From: an uncultured Planctomycetota bacterium
GTDB taxonomy: Bacteria > Planctomycetota > Planctomycetia > Isosphaerales > Isosphaeraceae
NCBI GenBank assembly: GCA_963737655.1
Contig: CAVTTN010000002.1
Span: forward strand, 7,328,001 to 7,392,000
DNA length: 64,000 nucleotides
Direction of reading: 5' to 3'
Shown here: piece by piece, positions 9,187 to 18,225 of the stretch
Layout: the number at the start of each line of letters is the position of its first letter
How positions within the stretch are numbered: position 1 is the stretch's first letter
Program-made: the position numbers and the translations under genes
Notes under the pieces: model-generated
Told to the model about the DNA's origin: nothing
What the model saw: only the letters and a program-made list of their open reading frames with translations
The model's database searches: none

Positions 9187-10207
9187 GGCGAGGTCTCCGC
9201 CAGGTCGAGCCGTCGGGCGACTCGCCGATCTCGCTGGCGGGCCCAGGCCCGCCATTCCGAGCCGAGCCAGGCCCGGAACCTCGGCTCGGCCACCAGGCGG
9301 CCCCCGGCGGCCGAGGCGATCGCGTCGAGCCGGGCGAGGTCGACGGGCCGGGGCGGCTCCTCGAACGCCGAGAGCAGCCAGGCCCGGCTCTCCGGCTCCG
9401 GCGCCACCTGCCGGGCCAGGATCGCCAGCAGCTCCTCGCCGTCGGCCTTCGCCTTCATCCTCGCGATCGAGGCCGGCGGCCACGGCGGAGGCTCGCCGAG
9501 CAGGGAGAGCGACGGCCCGGAAGACGGGACCGATTCCAGGGCGATCCGGGCCTGGCGAAGCTCCGGGCCGGCGTCCACGAGCGAGGTCTCGAGCAGGGTC
9601 GCCAGCAGGACCTCGGCCCGAGGCCGGACCTTCGCCGCGGGAGGAGCGCCGATCCGATAGGATTCGGCCACCGCCGAGACGAACGCCCGCGAAGCCTCCG
9701 AATCCGAGGCCAGTCCCACCCCTTCGATCGCCTTCGGGGTCGGGCCTCGGGCCCGCGATCGGACGAGCGAAACCGCGCGGCCTCCCGGACGAGCTCGGCA
9801 TACTCGGAGGCGAAGTCCGGGGCGTCCAGCAGCCTCCTCGCCGCCGAGTCGGTGGAGGGCTGCCCGATTGATGGGAATTCCTCGATCTCAACGGCCTTCC
9901 AGCCTCCGGGAAGCCGGCCCGCGTCGTCCGCCAGGCGATACGAGGCGAGCGGCCCGCCGAGGATGGCATCGATTCGCGTCGGATGATCCAGGACGCGGCA
10001 CGGATCGGCGCCCGGATCGACGCGAATCCATCGGATCGCGACGCCACGAGCCCGGGCCGCCGTTTCGATCGTCGAGCACTCCGGGCGGGGCCGGTTGGTC
10101 GCGACGATCAGGCGATCGCCGGCCGGTCGCGAGCAACCGACGAGAAGGATCACGATCCCCGAGAAAAGTGGGACTCGCCGACCGATCCGGGCGTCCCGGA
10201 TCGGCAT
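9183..10207 (-). CDS. Putative lipoprotein, possibly solute-binding-like (apparent frameshift at ~9740)
   Basis: Lipobox-like IVILLVGC in ORF 9455..10291 continues into ORF 9183..9719; coupled to the ABC ATPase. Confidence 0.45.
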
Positions 10208-10271
10208 GCCCACGCCTTCGTGGGCCTGCCTTCGCCTTTTGCGGGCATGCCCACGAAGGCGAGGGCATGCC
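10203..10271. repeat. Pair of GCATG-type REP-like hairpins
   Basis: ggcatgcccacg-cctt-cgtgggcctgcc and ggcatgcccacg-aagg-cgagggcatgcc. Confidence 0.65.
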
Positions 10272-10287
10272 CCCCGGAGCCTCGCCA

Positions 10288-12186
10288 TCAATTCCTCGAC
10301 CCCGAGCTCGGCCGGGTGCCGAGGGTGACCTTGAGGGTCTCTTCCTTGCCGTCTCGCTTGACGACGACCTCGACCGTCTCGCCCGGCTTGTGGCTGGACA
10401 GGGCGTTCATGTACGTGTCGATGTCCTTCACGTCCTTGCCGCCGAACTTGACGATCACGTCGCCGCCCTTCAGGCCGCCCTTGGCCGCGGGGCTGTCGTC
10501 GTTCACGCCTTCGAGCTTCACGCCGCCGCCGTCGGGGCTGTCGGCGTAGTTCGGACGGGTGCCGAGGTAGGCCGACGACCCGCTCCGGCTCGCCCCTCCG
10601 CCGAGGATCGGTCCCCGGCCGAGCTTCTGGAACTTCGGCCGTTCCGGCCGGCGGATCAGGTCGAGCAGGAGCAGCTCGCCGAGGTCCGCCACCCTGGCCA
10701 TTCCCGGGAAGTTGATCTTGTCCGTGTCGTCGCTCGGGCGGTGATAGTCGGCGTGGGTGCCGGTGAAGAAGAAGAGGACCGGGATGTCCTTCATGTAGAA
10801 CGAGGCGTGGTCGCTGGCGAAGAATTCGCCCTGGGTCCCGACGATGTTCTTGGCGTTCAGGCCCTGGTCCTTCGCCAGGGACTCCACCAGGACATCCCAG
10901 CCGGGGCTGGTGCCGCTGCCGAAGACGGTCAGCTCGCTCTTGTCGTTCAGCCGGCCGACCATGTCGAAATTGATCATGGCCACCGTCTTATCCAGCGGGA
11001 ACAGCGGGTGATTGGCGTAGTATGCGGAGCCGATCAGCCCGCGCTCCTCGGCCGAGAAGGCCATGAAGACCACCCGGCGGGGCAGGGGGTCGCGGCGGGC
11101 GGCCAGGCGGCGGGCCATCTCCATGACGGTGGCGGTGCCCGAGGCGTTGTCGTCGGCGCCGTTGTGGATGCTGTGATTGCCCGGGGCGAGCGAGCCGAAC
11201 CCGCCGTTGCCGACGTGGTCGTAATGGCCCCCGATCACGATCGTCTCATCGGCCAGGGGGCCGGAGCCTTCGAGGACGCCGATCACGTTCTTGACCTTCA
11301 CCGGCGAGCGATCGACGACGACCTGGGCCGACAGCGTCTCGCCTTCCAGGGCGCGGCTCCTGGGCTTCAGGTCCGAATCGATCTGCTTTTCCAGCTCGGC
11401 GATTTCGGGCTGGCCGGCGGCCTTCAGGATCTTGTCGGCGAACTCGCGGGTGACCATGAAGAAGCCGAAATCGCCGCTGGCGCCGCCCCCGGCGTCGGAG
11501 AAGCCGATCAGCTCGTCCTTGGCGTCCTTCAGGCTGAAGCCGTCGTTGACGAGCAGGACGGCCTTGGCCCCGTGCCGCGAGGCGTTGCCGGCCTTGTGGC
11601 TGAAGGTGGCCCAGGTGGTGTTCTGCTTGCCCTGGAACGGGCCCTCGGGCTTGTCCTGCTGGGGCTTCCGGCGGATGATCAGGACGGCCTTGCCCTTGAC
11701 GTCGATCCCGTCATAATCGTCGTAATCGAGCTTGCGTTCCTCGTCCTTCGCGGTGATCCCGTAGCCGGCGAAGACCACGGGCAGGTCCTTGAACTCGCCG
11801 GGTCCGCCCAGGGCGAGCGGGGTGAAGTCCACCCCGGGTCGGGCGGTGAGCTTCTCCTCCTTGTCCTTCTTCGCGACGACCTCCAGGGTCTTCGGCTCGC
11901 CGAGCTTGCGGTCCCCGGGCAGCTCGAAGTGCTGGAAATAGCCGTCGGCGCCCGGGGCGGTCTTGAGGCCGACCTCCTTGAAGGTGGTGGCGATGTAGTC
12001 GGCGGCGGCGTCGAGGCCCTTGGTGCCGGGCCCTCGGCCTTCTCGGGCGTCGTCGGCGAGATAGGCGACGTCGGCCCGGAGCCGGGCCTGCGCGGGGCTC
12101 ACATAGTCGCCCGCGAACAGGCGGATCGAAACGCAAACCAGGGCCGTCGAGGCGATCCCGAGGCGAAGGGCGCGACGCGAGAGCAT
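10288..12186 (-). CDS. M28 family aminopeptidase with PA and PDZ domains
   Basis: VIGGHYDHVG, NGADDNASGT, FSAEERGLIGS, MINFDMVGR, SDHASF, YHRPSD; C-terminal PDZ SPAAKGGLKGGDVIVKFGG. Confidence 0.92.
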   Translation of the reverse strand: MLSRRALRLGIASTALVCVSIRLFAGDYVSPAQARLRADVAYLADDAREGRGPGTKGLDAAADYIATTFKEVGLKTAPGADGYFQHFELPGDRKLGEPKTLEVVAKKDKEEKLTARPGVDFTPLALGGPGEFKDLPVVFAGYGITAKDEERKLDYDDYDGIDVKGKAVLIIRRKPQQDKPEGPFQGKQNTTWATFSHKAGNASRHGAKAVLLVNDGFSLKDAKDELIGFSDAGGGASGDFGFFMVTREFADKILKAAGQPEIAELEKQIDSDLKPRSRALEGETLSAQVVVDRSPVKVKNVIGVLEGSGPLADETIVIGGHYDHVGNGGFGSLAPGNHSIHNGADDNASGTATVMEMARRLAARRDPLPRRVVFMAFSAEERGLIGSAYYANHPLFPLDKTVAMINFDMVGRLNDKSELTVFGSGTSPGWDVLVESLAKDQGLNAKNIVGTQGEFFASDHASFYMKDIPVLFFFTGTHADYHRPSDDTDKINFPGMARVADLGELLLLDLIRRPERPKFQKLGRGPILGGGASRSGSSAYLGTRPNYADSPDGGGVKLEGVNDDSPAAKGGLKGGDVIVKFGGKDVKDIDTYMNALSSHKPGETVEVVVKRDGKEETLKVTLGTRPSSGSRN

Positions 12187-12323
12187 GCGGAGGGGTCCTT
12201 TGACAAGCAGGGCGCGGGGTGCGATCCTCACGATTCTCGACCGCTCGGGGCCCTTCGTCAAGACGCGGGAGTTGCGGCTCGGTGCCGACTTGGTGTAAAT
12301 TAATTCTTACGGAGAGGCGGGGG

Positions 12324-12749
12324 ATGCTGGAGAGTTCACCACGAAGCCACGAAGGGCACGAAGGAAGACACAAAGATGAGGCCAACGCCCTCTCTCGCGC
12401 CGTCGTCGGGGCGGCGATCGAGGTCCATCGGGCCCTTGGCCCCGGATTGCTGGAATCGGCGTATCAGAAATGTCTTTGCCGCGAGTTGACGTTGCGCGGC
12501 ATTCCCTTCGATAAAGAGGTCTCGCTGCCCGTCGATTACAAGGGAATATCTCTGGATTGCGCCTATCGGCTCGATGTCGTCGTGGGGGGATGCCTGATCG
12601 TGGAGATCAAGTCGGTCGAGCCGATCCATCCGATCCATGAGTCGCAGCTCCTGACTTACCTGAAACTTTCGGCGATCTGGCTCGGTCTACTCATCAACTT
12701 CAACGTGCCGCTCCTCAAAGACGGTCTCCGTCGGTTGGTTCATGGGTGA
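12324..12749 (+). CDS. GxxExxY protein (PD-(D/E)XK nuclease superfamily)
   Basis: AIEVHRALGPGLLESAYQKCL, YRLDVVV, IVEIKSV, HESQLLTYLKL, GLLINFN. Confidence 0.93.
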   Translation: MLESSPRSHEGHEGRHKDEANALSRAVVGAAIEVHRALGPGLLESAYQKCLCRELTLRGIPFDKEVSLPVDYKGISLDCAYRLDVVVGGCLIVEIKSVEPIHPIHESQLLTYLKLSAIWLGLLINFNVPLLKDGLRRLVHG

Positions 12750-12847
12750 TCGCGGGCCGGATTCCCAAGAGGGCCTCGAGGACGTAACGAGACGCCGGAA
12801 TCTCTCCTCTGTGTCCGTCATCGTGCCCTTTGTGGCTTTGTGGTGAA
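12335..12847. mobile_element. GxxExxY cassette bounded by 41-bp imperfect terminal inverted repeats
   Basis: 12335-12375 ttcaccacgaagccacgaagggcacgaaggaagacacaaag vs reverse complement of 12807-12847, ttcaccacaaagccacaaagggcacgatgacggacacagag; 34/41 identical. Confidence 0.6.
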
Positions 12848-12884
12848 ATCTCCATTCGTTCGCTCACGCAAGGGAGGTCCCGCC

Positions 12885-14204
12885 ATGCGAAGAATGCTCC
12901 TGGCCGTCGTCCTGCTCGCCCCGGCCTCGACGGCCCTGGGTCAGGGGGCGAGCTCGGCGTTGAAGGACCGCGTCGACCAGCTCGTGGAGAAGCTCGGCGC
13001 CAAGGACACCGACGCCCGGGACGCCGCCGAAAAGGCCCTCGTCGGCCTCGGCGTGAAGGTCATCCCGCTCCTGCCCGAGGGGGCGAAGGTTCCCACGGAG
13101 GACGTGGGCAAACGGCTCGAAAAGGTCAGGGCCGCCCTGGCCGAGGACGCCGAGAAGGCCAGCCTGGTGGCCTCCCGCGTGACGATCCAGGCCAAGGGCA
13201 TCCGGCTGACCGAGGCGATCAAGCAGCTCCAGTCGCAGACCGGCAACGCCATCAGCGACCTGCGCGAGGCCAACGGCGAGGAGGTCACCAATCCCGCCTT
13301 CGACCTGGAGGTGCTCGACAAGCCGTTCTTCGAGGCCCTGGACCTCGTGGCCAAGCAGGCCGGGATCACCCTGAACTTCTACACCGGCGACGGCTCCATC
13401 GGCATCATGACCGGCGGGATGATGATGGAGGGCCAGGCCGCCGACGCGGCGAAGGAGACGAAGCCGCCGGCCGAGCCCATGGTCCTCTATCCCGGCCCGT
13501 TCCGCGTGCAGCTCAAGCAATACGCCTCGGCCCGCGATTACTCGACCGGCGCGGCCACCGCGAATGCCCAGTTCGAGATCGCCTGGGAGCCCCGCTTGCG
13601 CCCGATGCTCCTGGGGATGAAGGCCGCCGACCTGAAGATCGTGGATGACCTGGGCAACGAGGTCAAGCCGACGGTGACCGACGAATCGGGCAACGTCGTC
13701 CTCCGCCCCGAGAACCCGGTGGCCGAGGTGAACGTGAACATGATGGCGCCCGACCGCAAGGCCCAGGCGATCAAGTCCCTCAAATTCAAGGCCGACGTGA
13801 CCATCCCGGCCGGCCTCCGCACGTTCAAGTTCCCCTCGCTCTCGGCGAAGAACGCGACGGTCACGCAAGGCGACGTCGCGGTGACCCTCGAATCGGCCGA
13901 GGTCGATGAGCAGGTCTGGAAGGTCAACGTCCTGCTCGCCATGCCCGGCGAGGGCCCGGCGTTCGAGTCGTACCGCCAGGGCCTGTTCAACAACCGGATC
14001 TGGCTCCAGAAGGCCGACGGCACCCGGTTCGAGCACAACGGCGGCTTCTCCAACACCGCCAGCGACGGCGGCAAGCTCGGCTTCGAGTACCTCTTCGTGG
14101 ACGTCCCCGGCAAGCTCGCCGGCTACGGGTTCGTGTACGAGACGCCCAGCAAGGTGCTGACCATCCCCCTGGAATTCGAGCTCAAGGACGTGCCGTTGCC
14201 CTGA
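12885..14204 (+). CDS. Secreted hypothetical protein (HEAT-like N-terminus, STN-like segment)
   Basis: Signal peptide MRRMLLAVVLLAPASTALGQ; LVEKLGAKDTDARDAAEKAL; long ORF with typical codon usage. Confidence 0.75.
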   Translation: MRRMLLAVVLLAPASTALGQGASSALKDRVDQLVEKLGAKDTDARDAAEKALVGLGVKVIPLLPEGAKVPTEDVGKRLEKVRAALAEDAEKASLVASRVTIQAKGIRLTEAIKQLQSQTGNAISDLREANGEEVTNPAFDLEVLDKPFFEALDLVAKQAGITLNFYTGDGSIGIMTGGMMMEGQAADAAKETKPPAEPMVLYPGPFRVQLKQYASARDYSTGAATANAQFEIAWEPRLRPMLLGMKAADLKIVDDLGNEVKPTVTDESGNVVLRPENPVAEVNVNMMAPDRKAQAIKSLKFKADVTIPAGLRTFKFPSLSAKNATVTQGDVAVTLESAEVDEQVWKVNVLLAMPGEGPAFESYRQGLFNNRIWLQKADGTRFEHNGGFSNTASDGGKLGFEYLFVDVPGKLAGYGFVYETPSKVLTIPLEFELKDVPLP

Positions 14205-14370
14205 TCGCCGACCCGCCACCCGGAGATTCAGGACCGATTCCTTCACGGCTCGCCCCGGGAAGGGGACGGGCTCCGGGTGGACTCGCCCGCAGCCCGTCCC
14301 CGTTGCCCCGACCGACATGGCGGGGAACCCACCCCCTTGACCCGGCGGCCCGCCCGGACTATATTCGGTC

Positions 14371-14721
14371 ATGCGAATTCAGGCGGCGGAGACGATCGAC
14401 GGCTCGGCGCGTCTGATGAAGGCCCTGTCGGACCCCGTCCGCCTTCGTTTGCTGAACCTCCTGGCCGGTCGCGAGGTCTGCGTCTGCCACTTGCACGAGG
14501 CCCTGGGCCTCCCTCAGCCGACGGTCTCTCGCCACCTGGCATCCCTCAGGAAATCGGGCCTGGTCGCCTTCCGCAAGGACGGCCTCTGGGTCCACTACCG
14601 GCTCGCCCCGCCGAGGAACGACCTTCATCGGGCGATCCTCGACGCCGTCCTGGCCTGCGTCGGCGTCGGCCCGATCCCCGACGCCGACCGGGCCCGTCTC
14701 GATCGCCTGACCTGCTGCTGA
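14371..14721 (+). CDS. arsR: ArsR/SmtB family transcriptional repressor
   Basis: KALSDPVRLRLL, EVCVCHL, PQPTVSRHLASLR, C-terminal CC. Confidence 0.88.
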   Translation: MRIQAAETIDGSARLMKALSDPVRLRLLNLLAGREVCVCHLHEALGLPQPTVSRHLASLRKSGLVAFRKDGLWVHYRLAPPRNDLHRAILDAVLACVGVGPIPDADRARLDRLTCC

Positions 14722-14796
14722 GCCGGAGGGGACGTCCCCCCCGGCGCTTGTCTCGTCCCTTATATTCGCCTGGACCCATATAGAAAGAGGACGACG

Positions 14797-15570
14797 ATGG
14801 ACGGAGATGGCCTGAAGCTGGCGGTGGTCTCGCGATATGCCGAGGTCGCCGAGGGTTCGGCGACGTGCGGGTCGCTCTGCGGATGCACCGAGAACGCCGA
14901 GGGGCTGGCCCTGGCGTTCGGCTACTCGGCCGAGGAGCTGGCGACGTTGCCCGAGGGGGCGAACCTCGGCCTCTCGTGCGGGAACCCGCAGATCCTGGCC
15001 GAGCTGAAGCCGGGCGAGATCGTGCTGGACCTCGGCAGCGGGGCGGGGTTCGACGTCCTGCTCGCCGCGAAGAAGGTCGGGCCCTCGGGCCGGGCCCTGG
15101 GCGTGGACATGACCGACGCCATGCTCGCCAAGGCCAGGGCCAACGCCGAGACCCTGGGCGCCGACAACGTCGAGTTCCGCAAGGGGGACATCGAGGCCCT
15201 GCCGATCGACGACGGATCGGTGGATGTGGTCATGTCCAACTGCGTCCTGAACCTCGTCCCGGACAAGGACCGCGCCTTCCGGGAGGTCGTCCGCGTCCTG
15301 AAGCCCGGAGGCCGGATGGCGATCTCCGACATGGCCTGGGCCGTCGAGCCCGAGCCGTCGGTCCGGGCGGACCTGGAGGCGATCGTCGGATGCATCGGCG
15401 GGGCCCTGGTGCTCGACGACTTCCTCGCCCGCTTGAAGGCGGCGGGCTTCGGGTCGATCGAGGTCGAAATGCACCCGGAGGCAGCCCGAGCCATGATCGA
15501 GGTCTCGGGGACGACCCCACCTCCGGGCGCGGAGCATCTCATGAGCGTGAACATCAAGGCCATCAAGTAA
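14797..15570 (+). CDS. arsM: Arsenite S-adenosylmethionine methyltransferase
   Basis: NLGLSCGNP, VLDLGSGAGFD, GVDMTDAML, SNCVLNLVPDK, VGCIGGA; directly after arsR. Confidence 0.88.
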   Translation: MDGDGLKLAVVSRYAEVAEGSATCGSLCGCTENAEGLALAFGYSAEELATLPEGANLGLSCGNPQILAELKPGEIVLDLGSGAGFDVLLAAKKVGPSGRALGVDMTDAMLAKARANAETLGADNVEFRKGDIEALPIDDGSVDVVMSNCVLNLVPDKDRAFREVVRVLKPGGRMAISDMAWAVEPEPSVRADLEAIVGCIGGALVLDDFLARLKAAGFGSIEVEMHPEAARAMIEVSGTTPPPGAEHLMSVNIKAIK

Positions 15571-15585
15571 CCGAGGACTCCACCG

Positions 15586-16549
15586 ATGCAAGGCATTTTA
15601 CTCGCGGCGGCCCTGTTCGCCGCCCCCGAGGCGCCCGACCCCGGCCCTCTCGTCCGTGCTTTGTGGCTCGTCCAGGCCCGGGGGACGCCCTGGGCGATCG
15701 ACCCGTCTCACGATTCTTCGGTCAAGGGCCGGCTCGCGAAGGGGCTGGACAAGGACCGAACGCTCACCCTGGCCGAGATGGAGGGCCTGATGACGCCGGA
15801 TGCCTTCGGCAAGCTCGCCGGGCCCGACGGCCGGATCGACGCGGCCGAGGCTCGCGAAACTCGATGCGGCGCTCGTGCCCGAGTCCCGATCACGGCTCCT
15901 CCCGGCGGTCCGCAATCATGCCGACGTGCTGACCACGGCGTTCGACCTGATCGACGAGCCGCATCGCGAGGCCGGGGCGACGCTGGCCGACTGGATCGTC
16001 AAGAACTATCGGCCCGGGTCGAAGCTGGACGTGATCGTGGTCTGCACCGGCAATTCGCGACGGAGCATCCTCGGCGCGACGATGGGGAACATCGCGGCCG
16101 ATTATTACGGGTTGCCCGAGGTCCGGTTTCACAGCGGAGGGACCGCCCCGAGCGCTTTTAATTCGCGGACGATCGCGGCCCTCCGCGAGATCGGCGTCGA
16201 GGTGGATCCGACCGGCGAGGAGGCCCCTCGCGGCGAGCCGAAGACGGCGAATCCGAAATCGCGGATTCGCTGGGGGACGTCCGGCGCCGAGGCGATCGAG
16301 TTCTCGAAGCGGTACGACGACCCGAGCAACCCAAAAGCCGGGTTCGCGGCGCTGATGGTCTGCTCCGAGGCCGATTCGGCCTGCCCGAACGTCAAGGGGG
16401 CGTCGTTGAGGATCTCGATGCCGTACCTCGACCCCAAGATCTATGACGGAGGGGCCTACGAATCGGCCAAGTACGCCGAAAGGCGCGACGACATCGGCCG
16501 GTTGATGCTCTCGGTGATGATGCAGGCGAAGAACCGGATCGCCCTGTAG
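15586..16549 (+). CDS. LMW-PTP/ArsC-like protein with signal peptide and EF-hand-like N-terminus (apparent frameshift at ~15850)
   Basis: P-loop VVCTGNSRRS, SGGTAPSAFN, MVCSEADSACP, PYLDPK; N-terminal part lies in ORF 15586..16161. Confidence 0.7.
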
Positions 16550-16730
16550 GGTGCATGAAATGCACCATCTTCGATTCATAAAATGGTCGAAGCTGGTGCA
16601 TTTCATGCATCCTACTCGTGTCGGCGATGATGCAGGCGAGGGACCGGATCGCCCTGTAGGGTGCATGAAATGCACCATCTTCGATTCATAGAATGATCGA
16701 AGATGGTGCATTTCATGCACCCTACTCGTG
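16511..16730. repeat. Tandem 110-bp duplication, each unit carrying a GTAG-type REP doublet (REPIN)
   Basis: gtagggtgcatgaaatgcacc...ggtgcatttcatgcaYcctac at 16546-16615 and 16656-16725. Confidence 0.85.
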
Positions 16731-18134
16731 GTCGTCGGCGGTGAGCTTGAACAGGGAACGGTCGAGCGCGTATTTCTGCAATTTTTGTGTGACGCTTCGC
16801 CGGGAGAGGCCGGAGTGCTTCGCGCACCTCGCGACGTTCCCTCGATAACGCACCAGGAGCTGGGCGAAGTATTCGCGTTCGACCTGGCCGATGAGGTCGT
16901 CGGTCAGCTCGGGCAAAGGGCGTTCGATGTCGATCGGCGAGCCGGCCCCTCTCCGGGCATGGGGCGGCGCGACCGTCGCCGGGAGGGCGTCTCGCATGAG
17001 GATGGTGCCGTCGGCCATCGCCACGGCGGCCTTGATGGCGTTCTCCAGCTCGCGGACGTTGCCCGGCCAGGCGTGGTCGAGCAGCGCCTGCATGGCCTCG
17101 TGGTGGATGTCCGTCACGGGAGGCGTGCTCTTGGTCGTCAGCCGTTCGAGGAAGTGGGCCGCGAGCAACGGGACGTCCTCGGGCCGGTCGCGCAACGGCG
17201 GCAGGTCGATCCGCACGACGCTCAGGCGATAGAACAGGTCGGAGCGGAACCGCCCGGCCTTCACCTCGTCTTCGAGCCTCTTGTTCGTCGCGGCGATCAC
17301 CCGGCAATCGACGCGGGTCGTCTCCTCGCCGCCGACCCGCTCGAAGCCGCCGGTCTGGAGGACGCGGAGCATCCTCACCTGCATGGCCGGGGAGATGTCG
17401 CCGATCTCGTCCAGGAACAGCGTCCCGCCGTCGGCCAGCTCGAACTTGCCTTTCTTCTTGCGGTCGGCGCCGGTGAAGGCGCCCCGCTCGTGGCCGAACA
17501 GCTCGGACTCGACCAGGGATTCGGTCAGCGCCGCGCAGTTGAAGGCGACCCAGGGGCCGTTGCGACGGGGGCCGGCGGCGTGGATGGCCCGGGCGACGAG
17601 CTCCTTGCCCGTCCCGGTCTCTCCGTGGATCAGGACCGTCGAATCGTGGGGGCCGACCTGCTCGATCAGGTCGAACACCCTCCGCATCTTCGGGCTCTTG
17701 GAGACCATCTCGTGGACCCGGTAATCCTCGCGGAGCCGCTTGCGGAGCGATTCCAGCTCGTCGACGAGCCGGCGCCTCTCCAGGATCCGGCGGACGAGGA
17801 ACCGGAGGTGGTCGGGTTCGATCGGCTTGGAGACGAAGTCGTCGGCGCCGGCCTTCATGGCGTCCAGGGCGATCGAGGTATCGCCGAACGCGGTGAGGAC
17901 GATGATCCCGAACGGCAGGCGCTCGGCGCGGGCCGTGACCAGGAGCTCCAGGCCGCTGAGGTCCGGCAGCTTCAAGTCGGTGATCATAAGGTTGAAGGGG
18001 CGCGACCGGGCGGCGTCGAGGGCCGATCGCCCGTCCTCGGCCGTCTCGACCTCGAAGCCGTCCAGGCCCAGGAGGACGCGGAGGTGCTCTCGGGTCAGGG
18101 GTTCGTCGTCCACCACCAGGATTCGCGGGTTCAT
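16722..18134 (-). CDS. Sigma54-dependent NtrC/AtoC-family response regulator
   Basis: REC ILVVDDE...ITDLKLP; GETGTGKE, ELFGHERGAFTGA, LFLDEIG, WPGNVRELEN; C-terminal HTH. Confidence 0.95.
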   Translation of the reverse strand: MNPRILVVDDEPLTREHLRVLLGLDGFEVETAEDGRSALDAARSRPFNLMITDLKLPDLSGLELLVTARAERLPFGIIVLTAFGDTSIALDAMKAGADDFVSKPIEPDHLRFLVRRILERRRLVDELESLRKRLREDYRVHEMVSKSPKMRRVFDLIEQVGPHDSTVLIHGETGTGKELVARAIHAAGPRRNGPWVAFNCAALTESLVESELFGHERGAFTGADRKKKGKFELADGGTLFLDEIGDISPAMQVRMLRVLQTGGFERVGGEETTRVDCRVIAATNKRLEDEVKAGRFRSDLFYRLSVVRIDLPPLRDRPEDVPLLAAHFLERLTTKSTPPVTDIHHEAMQALLDHAWPGNVRELENAIKAAVAMADGTILMRDALPATVAPPHARRGAGSPIDIERPLPELTDDLIGQVEREYFAQLLVRYRGNVARCAKHSGLSRRSVTQKLQKYALDRSLFKLTADDHE

Positions 18135-18225
18135 CGCGGCGGGCCTCCATGTCCCTGGGATCATTCGCTTCGGTGAGGGTCCATCCGGGCCGGCGGGGGG
18201 GATCGGGCGTCGATCCCGGTTCGGA

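Noticed and set aside
16511..16730. CRISPR-like repeat-spacer array
   Set aside because: Only two units; the spacer copies flanking gene sequence; the repeats are GTAG REP palindromes; no cas genes in the window.
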